The position numbers were made by a program, and so were the translations under genes. Positions 46,399 through 63,493 of a stretch of 64,000 nt of DNA are shown here, piece after piece. Location: NCBI GenBank assembly GCA_963759405.1, contig CAVWZA010000016.1, positions 351,850 to 415,849 on the forward strand, in the 5' to 3' direction. Source of the stretch: an uncultured Chloroflexia bacterium. GTDB taxonomy: Bacteria > Chloroflexota > Limnocylindria > QHBO01. Position 1 is the first letter of the stretch; each line of letters starts with the position of its first letter. The notes under the pieces are model-generated. The model saw nothing but the letters and a program-made list of their open reading frames with translations, did no database searches and was not told the origin of the DNA.

Positions 46399-46486
46399 GT
46401 GACGAAACTCTCCTTCTCCGGGTGCTGAGAGGGATCTAACCCCTGGGTCGCGTGGACCCCTAAGGCTAGCGGCTCGTCCCCAACCT

Positions 46487-46508
46487 CTCAAACGCGGACC
46501 GTTCCGCG
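46487..46508 (-). terminator. Terminator-like hairpin after clpB
   Basis: The minus strand reads CGCGGA acgg TCCGCG TTTGAG, about 10 nt after the clpB stop. Confidence 0.4.
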
Positions 46509-46517
46509 CACCCGGGC

Positions 46518-49174
<2,657 letters not shown>

Positions 49175-50031
49175 CGGTCTAGCTCAACTTCTGTCTTGGA
49201 TCGGGCTGGGGGATGGAGGAGAGAACCGGCTCCAGCTGCTTGCGGGCGTCTTCGTCGAGCCTGGGCAGCACCACGCGCGTGGTCACGATCAGGTCTCCCT
49301 TCTGAGCTGAGCCTCGCTTCGGCAGGCCACGCCCCTTGACGCGAATCTCCTGGCCGTTCTGGGTGTTGGGCCGGATGCGGAGCTTCACGCTGCCGGTGGG
49401 CGTGGGCACAGGAACCTCCGCCCCGAGGAGCGCCTCTGCCAAGGTGAGCGGGAGCTCGGTGCGCAGGTCCGCTCCTTGCCGCTCGAAACGCGGGTCGGGC
49501 TTGACGCGCACGTTGATGACCAGGTCGCCCCCGTCGACGGCCCCGCTCAGCTTGACCTTCGAGCCGTCGGTCACGCCCGCGGGGATCTTGACGTGCAGCC
49601 GCTTGCCGTTGACGTTCACCATTCGCTCGGCCCCGGTGGCCACCTCGGCGAGCGTGACCTCCGCGGTCGCCTGCGCCGAGGGGATCGCTCGGGCGCGGGT
49701 GCGTCCACCGGCCAGGTCCGAGAGGTCGACGTACTCGAAGGCGCCCGTGCTGCCGCCGCCGTACGCGCTCTGGGCTCCGCCCGCGCCGCCGAAGAACTGG
49801 CGGAAGAAGTCGCTGAATCCGCCGAGGTCCTCCGCCGATGTCGTGCGATACGACCAGCGGGTTCCACCGGGCGCGCCGCCGAAGCCGCCCCAATCGGTGG
49901 CCCCGCCCGATCCGTAGCCGGCCTGCTGGTAGGCCTGCCAGTTCTCGCCCAGCTCGTCGTACTGCTTGCGCTTCTCCGGGTCGGTCAGGACGGCCTGTGC
50001 CTCGTTCGCCTCCTTGAAGCGCTTCTCGGCG

Positions 50032-52776
<2,745 letters not shown>

Positions 52777-53170
52777 CGAACAGATCGTAGACCCGGATCT
52801 TGCCCATGGCCTCGAGCTGGAGGATGACCCGAACGCCGGCGAGGTTCACTCGCTGTCGGCGCGTCAGGAAACGAATGATACGAACGCGCTGGATGTCCGC
52901 CTCACTGTAGAGACGGAGGTTGTTACGCCGCTGTGGCTGGAGGAGTCCCTCCTCCTCGTAGATGCGCAGCGTGCGCGGATGGCAGCTCGCCAGCTCGGCG
53001 GCGATGCTGATGATGTAGCGGGGGCGGGTGAGAGCGTCTCGGCGCGGGATGCCGGTCGCTGACGCTGTCGCGCTCCGCGGACGGTTCATGCCAGAAATGC
53101 TCTCGTGCCTCTCCACGCTTGAAATAGATGGTCAATTCGACGCATCCGTCACTTGGTGGGTGCGTACCGG

Positions 53171-53200
53171 GAACATAAACCCTGACAATGGTGTTGTCAA
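53171..53200 (-). promoter_or_regulatory. Promoter TTGACA-17 nt-TATGTT overlapped by the inverted repeat CTTGACA-N7-TGTCAGG (HAIR-like HspR operator candidate)
   Basis: The minus strand reads CTTGACAacaccatTGTCAGGgttTATGTT. The architecture matches the HAIR consensus CTTGAGT-N7-ACTCAAG (7-N7-7, starting CTTGA). Confidence 0.5.
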
Positions 53201-53243
53201 GGGTTGTGACAGCGCGGACCGATTTCGGCGAGAGCGATCGGCG

Positions 53244-53987
53244 TCAGGAATCTGCGTTCGCGGCGACCAGCTCCCACTGCACGGCTCCCACGTCGCCACC
53301 GCCGGGCAGCTCGACGGGCACGGCCTCCAGCTCGAACGTGAGCACCTGTTCGTCGGCCACGGGGACCAGCTCGCTGCCCGGGAAGATCCACAGGAAGCGT
53401 GACGCGCGCCGCTCGTAGTGGGTCGCCTCGGCGACGGCGGTGGCGCGTCCGTCCACCTCGCTGAGGATCTGGATGCGCACGCCGTTGAACCGGTCGGGAC
53501 CGTTGCCGAGGCTGGCTGCGGCGACGGAGGCCTCCGCGCGCACGTCCGGCGGCCAGTCGGGGCCGAGATCGTCCGCGCTCCACTCGGTCACGAACCGATC
53601 GAGCACCGATGCGGGCGTGGCGGTATGCGCGCCGATCAGCCAGAAGCCGGTTCCCCACAGCAGCAGGGGGACGCTCAGCCAGCCGATGCCGGCGGCGGGC
53701 GAGCGCTGGGGAGTGGGCGGGCGAGCGGCCTGGAGAGCCTGGGCGGACCGATAGGCATCGACCGCCTGCCAGGTCCAGGTCACGATGAACGCGACGCCGG
53801 CGACGAACGGGACGAGGTACGCGCTGGTATCGGCGAGGCCGATCGTCAGCCAGGCGAGGAGAAGGACCGACAGGATCTCCGCGGCCAACAGCACGAGCCC
53901 GGTGCGGCGCCGGCCGATCGCCAGGTGCCCGAGGCCCCAGGCCAGGAGGGCCGACCGCAGGACGCGCCCGGGATCGGGCGCCGTCAC
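53244..53987 (-). CDS. Membrane protein of unknown function (4 TM + extracytoplasmic domain)
   Basis: This is an intact 247-aa ORF with N-terminal helices (LLAWGLGHLAIG, LVLLAAEILSVLLLAWLTIGL ...). No family was recognised. Confidence 0.5.
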   Translation of the reverse strand: MTAPDPGRVLRSALLAWGLGHLAIGRRRTGLVLLAAEILSVLLLAWLTIGLADTSAYLVPFVAGVAFIVTWTWQAVDAYRSAQALQAARPPTPQRSPAAGIGWLSVPLLLWGTGFWLIGAHTATPASVLDRFVTEWSADDLGPDWPPDVRAEASVAAASLGNGPDRFNGVRIQILSEVDGRATAVAEATHYERRASRFLWIFPGSELVPVADEQVLTFELEAVPVELPGGGDVGAVQWELVAANADS

Positions 53988-54649
53988 TCGCCGATGAGCA
54001 GGCTTCGCAGCTCTGACTCGCTGTCGGGCGAGGTCACGGCGAGCAGCTTGTCGCCGCTGCGGAGCTTCGTGTCCGGTCGCGGGGCATGGGCGCGCTCGTC
54101 GCGGATCAGGACCGCGATGGTGCTGCCCTCCGGCAGGTTCAGCTCGCGCAGCTCACGACCGATCACCGGCGAGTCCGAATCCAGCTGGGCCTCGACGATC
54201 TGCACGCCGCCGCCCTCGAGCTCGGCGAGGTGGAGCAGGTCGTGGATCGGGATCTCGTGCTCGATGACGCCAAGGATCGAGCGCGTCGGGCTGACGACCT
54301 CGTCGATGGCCAGCTGGCGGAACAGCTTCTCGTTCTTCGGGTCGTTGATGCGCGCGATGGAGCGCGGCACGTTGAAGCGCATCTTGGCGATCTGGCAGGC
54401 GGCCAGGTTCACCGCATCGTCCCCGGTCACGGCCGCCATCACATCGGCGCGCGCCATCCCGGCCTCGGCCTGGTAGCGGCCCTCGCAGCCGTCATTCGCG
54501 ACCACGATGCTGCCGAGCTCGTCGGCGATCTGGCGGGCGCGGGCCTGCTCCTCCTCGATCACGACCACCTCGTGACCGGCGGCGAGCAGCTCCTTGGTCA
54601 GGTAGTAGCCGACGTTGCCTCCGCCGATGACCACGACGTACATGCTCAA
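53984..54649 (-). CDS. trkA: TrkA-family K+ transport NAD-binding protein (RCK N + C domains)
   Basis: Motifs present are YVVVIGGGNVGYYLTKELLAAGHEVVVIE, AVTGDDAVNL and the TrkA_C segment IGRELRELNLPEGSTIAVLIRD. Confidence 0.9.
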   Translation of the reverse strand: MSMYVVVIGGGNVGYYLTKELLAAGHEVVVIEEEQARARQIADELGSIVVANDGCEGRYQAEAGMARADVMAAVTGDDAVNLAACQIAKMRFNVPRSIARINDPKNEKLFRQLAIDEVVSPTRSILGVIEHEIPIHDLLHLAELEGGGVQIVEAQLDSDSPVIGRELRELNLPEGSTIAVLIRDERAHAPRPDTKLRSGDKLLAVTSPDSESELRSLLIGE

Positions 54650-55218
54650 AAGCCTCCGTCGCGCCCGTCGCCGGGCTGCACGATGTTCGCGTCAGCGGTC
54701 ACGTCCTCGGCAGCGTCCATCGCCGCCTGGACCTCCTTGTCCGCGGCCGAGCCGGAGGGCGGGGCGCTGCGGCGGGGCTCGGCCGTGGCGGGCTCGACGA
54801 ACCCGTTCGTCGCCTCGGCGCCCTCGAGCGCCGCGACCACCAGCGCGTCGCCCAGGATGATCGTTCGGCAGATCGTCTCCACGCCGACGGCCCGATACGC
54901 CTCGCCACGCAGCGGGTCGTTGATCTTGGCGATGACCCGCGGAACGCCGAATGTGTGCTTGGCGAGCTGCGCGGCGAGGGCGTTGCGGTTGTCGCCCTCG
55001 GTGAGCGCCATGACGATGTCGGCCTGCTCGCCACCGGCGGAGCGGACGACGTCCTCATCGGTCCCGTTGCCGCGCGCGGTCTCGCCCTTGAAGGTCGGCG
55101 GCAGCCGGCTGAAGGCGCGGGGGTTGTGATCGATGACCGTGACGTGCTCGCCTCGGCTGTCGAGCTCGGCGGCGACTCGTGCCCCGACCCGGCCGCAGCC
55201 GACGATGATGACCCTCAT
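54646..55218 (-). CDS. trkA: TrkA-family NAD-binding protein (RCK N domain) with an acidic tail
   Basis: From the ATG at 55218 the sequence is MRVIIVGCGRVGARVAAELDSRGEHVTVID ... ALTEGDNRNAL. The start overlaps the usp stop as ATGA. Confidence 0.85.
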   Translation of the reverse strand: MRVIIVGCGRVGARVAAELDSRGEHVTVIDHNPRAFSRLPPTFKGETARGNGTDEDVVRSAGGEQADIVMALTEGDNRNALAAQLAKHTFGVPRVIAKINDPLRGEAYRAVGVETICRTIILGDALVVAALEGAEATNGFVEPATAEPRRSAPPSGSAADKEVQAAMDAAEDVTADANIVQPGDGRDGGF

Positions 55219-55706
55219 GGTGTCTGTGCCAGCTCCTTCGTCTCGGCGCGCAGACACCAGACGGCTGCGGTCGAGTTGCGCATGACGTAGGGGACGGTGC
55301 GTCCCGCGTCCCATTGTCCCCCGAAACGCTTCTTGTAGCGAAGCCCCATCACGATGAGGTCGACGCCAATCTCGTTCGCGTCGTCCACGATCGCCGGGCC
55401 GGCGGCGCGCGCCTGGACGGTGAGCGGACGCGTCGGGATGCCGTGGGCGGTCAGGGCCGCCTTGGCGCCGGACACGATCTCGTCCGCCCGCGCCACCGCC
55501 GCCTCGTCCTCCGTGTCGAGCGTGCGATCGAAGGGAACCTCGATCACGTGCAGCAGGGAGGCCTCGACCCCCTCGCGCCCACCGAGCAACAGGGCGGCCA
55601 CCTTGAGCGCAGGCCCGTCAACCGCCTCGTCGCCCAGCACGGGGACCAGGATCCTTGCGTGCTCGAACGTGGTCGCGCGCTTGTCGCCGCGCCGGAAGAA
55701 GTCCAT
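55215..55706 (-). CDS. Universal stress protein family protein
   Basis: Motifs present are RILVPVLGDE, AGPAIVDDANEIGVDLIVMG and YVMRNSTAAVW. Confidence 0.8.
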   Translation of the reverse strand: MDFFRRGDKRATTFEHARILVPVLGDEAVDGPALKVAALLLGGREGVEASLLHVIEVPFDRTLDTEDEAAVARADEIVSGAKAALTAHGIPTRPLTVQARAAGPAIVDDANEIGVDLIVMGLRYKKRFGGQWDAGRTVPYVMRNSTAAVWCLRAETKELAQTP

Positions 55707-55763
55707 GGCTCGCTATCCTACGGCGCTCATTGGCGGCGTGAAGCCTCTCGCGCGCCGAGGCGG

Positions 55764-56498
55764 TCAGCGCCCGTAGCGCAGGCGCTCCACGAGACGAGCA
55801 GGGAGGCCGGCCTCCTGCATCAGGCGTTGGGTGCTGTCGATGTCGTAGCCGACGCGATGGAAGGACATGCTGCCCCCGCCCGCTGCGTCGTCCAGCTCGA
55901 GGATCGCGTAGGCCGCATCGGGGAGGCCGTCTCTCGGCTGGCCGACGCTGCCCGGATTGAGCAGCGCGCGATCGGTGCCGACGTCCACGACATCGTCCGG
56001 AAGGCCGGGGACCGCCTCGACCGAGCCGTCGACCAGGCGGTAGGCGATCGGGAGGTGGGTATGGCCGAAGAGGCAGAGCCGCGTCTCGAAGGAGTCGAAG
56101 TTCGCCTCCGCGATCGAACGGCTGGCGACGTACTCCCAGATCGGGTCACGTGGTGAGCCGTGCACGGCGGTCAGCTCGCCGTCGCGCCGGACCTCCGGCA
56201 GCGTCGCCAGGTATGAGCGGGCGTTGTCACCGAGCGCGCCGGCCGTCCACTCGATGGCGGCACGGGCATCCGGGTTGAAGTACGCGGGGTCGACGATCCC
56301 GATCGCGGCGCCGTCGTGATTGCCCATCACGCTCCGCGCGCCCATCTCCTGGAGGACGGCGATGACCTCATTCGGCTGCGGGCCGTAGCCGACGATGTCG
56401 CCGAGCACCCAGACCTGGTCGACGTCGGTGAGGTCCGCACGGACCGCCTCCAGGGCGGGCAGGTTGGCGTGAACGTCCGAGAGGACAGCGATACGCAT
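55764..56498 (-). CDS. Metallophosphoesterase family protein (YfcE/ApaH-like)
   Basis: Motifs present are RIAVLSDVHANLPALEAV, VLGDIVGYGPQPNEV, GNHD, HGSP and FGHTH. Confidence 0.85.
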   Translation of the reverse strand: MRIAVLSDVHANLPALEAVRADLTDVDQVWVLGDIVGYGPQPNEVIAVLQEMGARSVMGNHDGAAIGIVDPAYFNPDARAAIEWTAGALGDNARSYLATLPEVRRDGELTAVHGSPRDPIWEYVASRSIAEANFDSFETRLCLFGHTHLPIAYRLVDGSVEAVPGLPDDVVDVGTDRALLNPGSVGQPRDGLPDAAYAILELDDAAGGGSMSFHRVGYDIDSTQRLMQEAGLPARLVERLRYGR

Positions 56499-56538
56499 GC
56501 GAAGGGGGAGTATACCGACGCTCGCGGCGCCGGCCGAT

Positions 56539-57349
56539 TCAGCCGAGCGGACGCTTCGCGGGCTGGCCGGGCCGGCGCGGATATCGATCCGGCGTCGCGC
56601 CGACCTTGCGAATCACCACGAACCGGTGGTCTCCGAGCGCCTCGACGCCCGTCGCCACGACCTCGGGGTCGCCGCCTCCCAGCTGGATCGCCGCGGCCCG
56701 ACCGGCGGTCAGCTCGTCGGGCGGCACGGCTCCCTTCCAGGCGACCAGCGCACCGCCGATCCGGATCAGCGGAAGCGCGTACTCCACCAGGACGGGCAGT
56801 GGTGCGCAGGCACGGGCGGCGACCAGGTCGAACTGCTGGCGGTACGCCGCATCCCGGCCGAGGACCTCCGCTCGCTCGGCGATCACGGCCACGTTGCGCA
56901 GTCCCAATGCGTCGACGAAGCCGCGCATCGCATCGGCCTTCCTGCCGACCGAGTCGACGAGCGTCCACGAGATATCTGGACGGGCGAGGGCGAGCACGAT
57001 GCCGGGGACGCCACCGCCGGAGCCAAGGTCGAGCGCCCGCCGCGGGGCCAGCGCGTCGAGCAGGGGCAGCGCGCTCAGCGCGTCGAGGAGGTGGAGGCGC
57101 GCCACCTCGGCGGGCGTCAACGATGCGCGTCAGGTTGACCCGTGCGTTGGCGGCGAGGAGGAGCTCGACGTAGCGTTCCACGGCATCGGGGAAGCCGGGT
57201 GGGAGCGTCGCCCGAATGGCGGGCGCATCGGTCTCGAGCAGGTCTTCGAGCGCGCGGCGAGCCGTGACGGCGTCGGACACGAAGATGCTCCTCCGGATGG
57301 CTTTTCGGTCTTTCCATCGGATGATCGGCGTCGCGGCCGGCTCTCGCAT
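56539..57349 (-). CDS. rsmG: 16S rRNA (guanine527-N7)-methyltransferase RsmG; one apparent frameshift near 57120
   Basis: The N-terminal VERYVELLLAANARVNLTRIVD is in ORF 56327-57349. PAEVARLHLLDALSAL, LDLGSGGGVPGIVLA and FDLVAARA are in ORF 56539-57120. Confidence 0.85.
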
Positions 57350-57423
57350 CGGCCCCGAATCACCCGCGGTTACCGTACTCGGTCATCCGCAGAAGCAGGA
57401 TCTCCACCCTACCAGCCGCCGGC

Positions 57424-57481
57424 TGTGGATCACAACCGTTGTTATCCACCGTTCTCGCGGATAGGCCCGAACTGTGGATAA
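57424..57481. promoter_or_regulatory. Cluster of three DnaA-box-like 9-mers in the rsmG / 57559-gene divergent intergenic region
   Basis: TGTGGATCA lies at 57424-57432 (8/9 to consensus). TTATCCACC lies at 57442-57450 (8/9). TGTGGATAA lies at 57473-57481 (9/9 to the reverse complement of TTATCCACA). Confidence 0.5.
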
Positions 57482-57558
57482 CCCGCGCGGATATACTCGG
57501 AACCGATGGCGTCCGGTCCCCCGCAGCAGGCTACGATCGAGGTCAGGTGGCGGCTCAC

Positions 57559-57957
57559 ATGATCTCGACCTCGCCACCCCGTTTCGCACACGACAGCGAG
57601 GCGGAGCTGGCGAGGATCTTCGACTACTACGGTGTCCCGTGGCGATACGAACCCGACGTCTTCCCCATCTCCTGGAACGCCGACGGCGTGGTCATCGAGT
57701 CGTTCGCGCCCGATTTCTACCTGCCGGAAATCGATTGCTACATCGAGCTGACCACGCTGAAGCAGTCGCTGGTTCGCAAGAAGAACCGCAAGCTGCGCTG
57801 GATGCGGCAGCTCTACCCCGAGGTACGCGTGAAGCTCTTCTACGCCCGTGACTTCCGGGCGCTGATGCTCAAGTACGGCCGGCTCGAATTCCTGACCGAT
57901 GTCGCCGCCGCGAACGGCGCGAACTCCCTGACCGGCGCCGGCAACGGGGCACGATGA
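57559..57957 (+). CDS. Conserved-looking hypothetical protein, possibly with a PD-(D/E)xK-like nuclease fold, translationally coupled to hpt
   Basis: From the ATG at 57559 the sequence is FAHDSEAELARIFDYYGVPWRYEPDVF...FAPDFYLPEIDCYIELTTLKQSLVRKKNRK. The stop overlaps the hpt ATG as ATGA. The fold assignment is a guess from the D..E.T..K pattern. Confidence 0.45.
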   Translation: MISTSPPRFAHDSEAELARIFDYYGVPWRYEPDVFPISWNADGVVIESFAPDFYLPEIDCYIELTTLKQSLVRKKNRKLRWMRQLYPEVRVKLFYARDFRALMLKYGRLEFLTDVAAANGANSLTGAGNGAR

Positions 57958-58511
57958 GCCTCCACGCCGATGTGGAGGAGATCCTGATCGACGCCGATGC
58001 GATCGGTGGCCGGGTCGCGGAGCTTGGCGCACAGCTCTCCGCGGACTACGCCGGCCGCGACCCGGTGCTGGTCAGCGTCCTCAAGGGCTCGCTCGTCTTC
58101 CTCGCCGACCTCATGCGTGCCATGGACCTGCCGTCGAGCATCGACCTCATGGAGGTCTCGAGCTACGCCGGGACCGAGACATCCGGATCGGTCCGCATCC
58201 TGAAGGATCTCTCGAAGCCGATCGAGGGCCGCGACGTGATCGTCGTCGAGGACATCATCGACACCGGCCTCACCCTGAACTACCTGCTGCGCTACCTCGC
58301 CGAGCGGAAGCCCGCGTCGATCAAGATCTGCTGCCTGCTCGACAAGCCGGCGCGCCGCCTGGCCGAGATCTCGATCGACTACCGCGGGTTCACGATCCCG
58401 GACCGGTTCGTCATCGGCTACGGGCTCGACTACGAGGAGCGCTACCGCAACCTGCCATACATCGGTGTGCTCAAGCCGTCCGTCTACGGCGGCGCGCCAC
58501 CCGAGGGGTAG
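57954..58511 (+). CDS. hpt: Hypoxanthine phosphoribosyltransferase
   Basis: Motifs present are VLKGSLVFLADLMR, VIVVEDIIDTGLTLNYL (PRPP loop), LLDKP and FVIGYGLDY. Confidence 0.93.
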   Translation: MSLHADVEEILIDADAIGGRVAELGAQLSADYAGRDPVLVSVLKGSLVFLADLMRAMDLPSSIDLMEVSSYAGTETSGSVRILKDLSKPIEGRDVIVVEDIIDTGLTLNYLLRYLAERKPASIKICCLLDKPARRLAEISIDYRGFTIPDRFVIGYGLDYEERYRNLPYIGVLKPSVYGGAPPEG

Positions 58512-58517
58512 CGGCTC

Positions 58518-58946
58518 ATGGACGGGGGTGGCGGTCGCTTCCGGATCCTCATCCTGCTCGGCAGCCTGGCCATGATCGGCTCCGGCTTCCTGCCGTGGTG
58601 GCGTGCCGGTGGTGACACGGTCGCCGGTGTGCTGGTGCCTGCGCAGGAGGGGATTGGGCTCGAGGGACCCGGCATCGTCATCTTCGGCGCCGCGATCGCA
58701 GCGCTCGTGCTGCTCGACATCGGCTACATGCGCGGGCGGTGGGGCTTCGTCCTGGACGCTCCGGCGGCCTACCTCATCCTCGGCCTGGTGGGCGGCGCGG
58801 CGCTCCTCTACCGGGGCTGGGAGCTGTGGTCGGTGGGCTTCATTCCGCTGCCGCAGCAGTCGCCGGGCCTGGCGCTCGCCGCGGTGGGCGTCGCGCTGGT
58901 GCTGTACGGCGCGGGAACCGGCTTCGGCCGCCCGCGCCGCTACTGA
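58518..58946 (+). CDS. Membrane protein of unknown function (4 TM)
   Basis: This is an intact 142-aa ORF, hydrophobic throughout. It starts 7 nt after hpt. Confidence 0.5.
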   Translation: MDGGGGRFRILILLGSLAMIGSGFLPWWRAGGDTVAGVLVPAQEGIGLEGPGIVIFGAAIAALVLLDIGYMRGRWGFVLDAPAAYLILGLVGGAALLYRGWELWSVGFIPLPQQSPGLALAAVGVALVLYGAGTGFGRPRRY

Positions 58947-58952
58947 CCGCGA

Positions 58953-59096
58953 TCAGGCGGGCGGCAGGATCAGCGGCGAGAGGATGAGCCACGCGACGAC
59001 CACGGCAACCAGCAGCGCGCCGAGGATCAGCATCGGGCGCAGGTCGGGCCGATAGTCGCCCGGGGAGCGGCGCGGCGGCCTGGGCTCGTCCGCCAC
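58953..59096 (-). CDS. Possible small single-pass membrane protein
   Basis: The GTG at 59096 lies 5 nt after the livF stop. The C-terminal helix is MLILGALLVAVVVAWLILSPLIL. No homology was recognised. Confidence 0.3.
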   Translation of the reverse strand: MADEPRPPRRSPGDYRPDLRPMLILGALLVAVVVAWLILSPLILPPA

Positions 59097-59100
59097 CGGC

Positions 59101-60697
<1,597 letters not shown>

Positions 60698-60701
<4 letters not shown>

Positions 60702-62407
60702 ATCGTCACCACCGGTCTGCCCGTCTCCTCTCCCGCCTCGTCCGCGTACTGATCCTCGTCACTCTCCCGCTCGTGCAGCTCCGCCTGGCGCTGGCGGCTG
60801 GGCAGCAGCCCTTCCGGACGCAGCAGCATCATGGCGACCAGGACGGCGCCGTAGATCAGGAGCCGATACTCGGCGAACTCGCGCAGCAGCTCGGGCAGGC
60901 CGACCAGCACGATGGCGCCGACCACGACGCCGGCGATGTTGCCCATGCCGCCCAGGATGATCAGCGCCAGCGCGTTGATGCTGACCAGGATGTCGAAGCT
61001 CTGCGGGAAGACGACGCCGATCTTGGCCGCGAACAGGGCCCCGGACAGGCAGCCGAAGGCCGCGCCGAGCATGAACGCGAGGAGCTTGTACACCGTCGTG
61101 TTGACGCCCGTCGCCTCCGCCACCGATTCGTCTTCGCGCATCGCATTCCAGGCGCGCCCGACGCGTGACGCGGCGAGGCTCGTCGCGGCGAGGGCCGCGA
61201 TGACGCAGAAGAGCAGGATCGGGTAGTAGATCGACTGCGGGTCACGCTCGAAGGGGAGCGGCGGAGGGATGGAGAGGATCCCCTGCGCGCCGCCGGTCAC
61301 GGGCTGTGCCCAGGCCGACAGGAAGATGGTGCGGGCGATCTCGCCGAAGCCGAGCGTGACGATGGCGAGGTAGTCGCCGCGGAGGCGCAGGACCGGCGCG
61401 CCGACCATGAGGCCGATCATGGCGGCCGCGATGATCACGAACGGCAACGCGCCCCAGAACGAAAGCTCCGGGCTGAAGGCCGGCGATGCGGGCGACGTCA
61501 GCACGGCGGTGGTGTACGCGCCGACCGCGTAGAAGGCCACGTAGCCAAGGTCGAGGAGGCCAGCGAAGCCAACCACGATGTTGAGGCCCAGGCCGAGCAG
61601 GACGTAGAGGCCGACGGTGCCAACCACTTCGGAGAGTCGCTGCCCGACCAGCTGGGGAAGGGCCAGCAGGAGCAGGAAGAGGACGCCATACCAGACCAGC
61701 TTGGCGTTCCGGCGGCGGTCTGCCGGCATGGCCGCCACGCGCTCGAGCGCGCGCGGGCCACGGATGGCCCATGCGTACGAGGCGGCCGCGGTGAGGCCGA
61801 AGATGATGACGGCGCCGATCGGGGTCAGGCCGCCGCTGGCGAAGAAGAAGTCCTCCAGCGCGTCGAGGCCAAGGTTCCGAAGCACGGGACCGAGGAACGG
61901 CTCGAGCAGCGACGCAGCGAGGGTGACCACGAACGCGATCGCGATCGAGCGCGCAATCGGCGACGGCAGCACGTAGAGCGACGCGCCGGCGAGCCCGAGG
62001 ACGGCGCCGCCCACGATGAGGAGCAGCGATCCGACGAGCGGTCCCTGCCCGAACTGGAGGGTCTCCACCAGCGCGGGCGTGGCGTTGACCAGGATCCAGC
62101 GCACGTCGACGACGGTGATGAAGATGGCGAAGGCGGCGAGGATGAGACCGCCGGTCGCACTGGCTACAGCCCCCAGGGTGAGGGCGCGGACGCCGGTCGG
62201 GGTCAGCTCAGCCGAGCGCATCGGCGATGCGGCGCGCCAGCCGACAAGGAGCAGGATCAGGACCGGGAGCATCGAGCCGAGCGTGATCACCCCGGCGATG
62301 GTGTCCCGTGACTGGAACGACTCGATCATGCCGACCAGCCCGACGTGGATTCCGCCGAGGCCGCCGAGCAGTCCGGTGAAGAGCGCGCGCCGCATGAGCG
62401 GATCCAT
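60698..62407 (-). CDS. livM: Branched-chain amino acid ABC transporter permease LivM, long form (569 aa)
   Basis: The ATG at 62407 overlaps the livH stop (TGATG). The C-terminal 330 aa show the typical LivM pattern (GLLDLGYVAFYAVGAYT, LRGDYLAIVTLGFGEI). About 200 extra N-terminal residues form additional TM helices. The 904-aa listed ORF is an upstream run-through. Confidence 0.9.
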
Positions 62408-63456
62408 CACGCGTTCTCCTTGCGGCCGAGCAGGCCCGATGGACGGAAGATGAGGACGAGCACGAGCACGGTGAAGGCGATCACGTCCTGGAGCTGGTTG
62501 GGCGATGGGATCCCGTACCCGGTCAGCAGCAGGTTCGGCCCGACCTGCTCCAGGACGCCGAGCAGGAGGCCGCCGAGCGCCGCGCCGATGATGTTGCCGA
62601 TGCCGCCGAGCACGGCCGCCGTGAAGGCCTTGATGCCGGGCAGGAAGCCCATGTAGAAGTGGACCTGGTTGAAGAGAAGCGTGTAGAGGATGCCGGCCGC
62701 TCCGGCCAGCAGGCCGCCGATGGCGAAGGTCGTCACGATGATGCGATCGACGTTGATGCCCATCATGGCCGCGACGTCCTTGTCCTCGCTCACGGCGCGC
62801 ATCGCGCGACCGGTGCGCGTGCGGTTGATGAAGAAGTAGAGCGCGAACATCAGGAAGAGCGCCGCCCCGATCACCACGACCTCGACGGTGTCGATCCGGA
62901 TCGGCCCGATTTCGACCGTCCCACCGAAGAGACCGAATGCCGGATAGGCGCGCACGCCCGAGCCGTAGAACCCGCGGGCGGTGTACTGCAGGACGAGCGA
63001 CGCGCCGATGGCCGTGATCAGCGGGACGAGGCGCGGTGCCCCTCGCAGCGGCCGGTAGGCGATGCGTTCGAGCAGGATGGCCACCAGCATGCTGACGAGC
63101 ATGCTGGTCAGGAGCGTGAGGAAGAAGGCGAGGACCGGGCTGGCGTCGATCATGCCCCCGTCGTTCAACGCGGTGGCCGCGAAGAAGGCGGTGAACGCGC
63201 CCCACATGAAGACTTCGCCGTGCGCGAAGTTGATCATGAAGAGGATGCCGTACACGAGCGTGTAGCCGAGCGCGATGAGGGCGTAGACGCTGCCGAGTGC
63301 GACGCCAGCCACGATCAGGCTCTGCCACGCCTCCGGCGAGATGCGCCCCTCGGAGAGGGTCAGGTAGGCGCCCCAGGCGGCGAGCGCCAGGATGGCTCCC
63401 CCAAAGACCCACAGGAAGATGTTGACGAGGTTGAGCCGGGCTCGGCGGGCTGGCAT
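62407..63456 (-). CDS. livH: Branched-chain amino acid ABC transporter permease LivH
   Basis: Motifs present are LIALGYTLVYGILFMINFAHGEVFMWGAF and AVSEDKDVAAMMGINV. Confidence 0.9.
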   Translation of the reverse strand: MPARRARLNLVNIFLWVFGGAILALAAWGAYLTLSEGRISPEAWQSLIVAGVALGSVYALIALGYTLVYGILFMINFAHGEVFMWGAFTAFFAATALNDGGMIDASPVLAFFLTLLTSMLVSMLVAILLERIAYRPLRGAPRLVPLITAIGASLVLQYTARGFYGSGVRAYPAFGLFGGTVEIGPIRIDTVEVVVIGAALFLMFALYFFINRTRTGRAMRAVSEDKDVAAMMGINVDRIIVTTFAIGGLLAGAAGILYTLLFNQVHFYMGFLPGIKAFTAAVLGGIGNIIGAALGGLLLGVLEQVGPNLLLTGYGIPSPNQLQDVIAFTVLVLVLIFRPSGLLGRKENA

Positions 63457-63493
63457 CGCAGCTTCCTCGTTGGGTGCTGTCTCCGTAAGCGAT

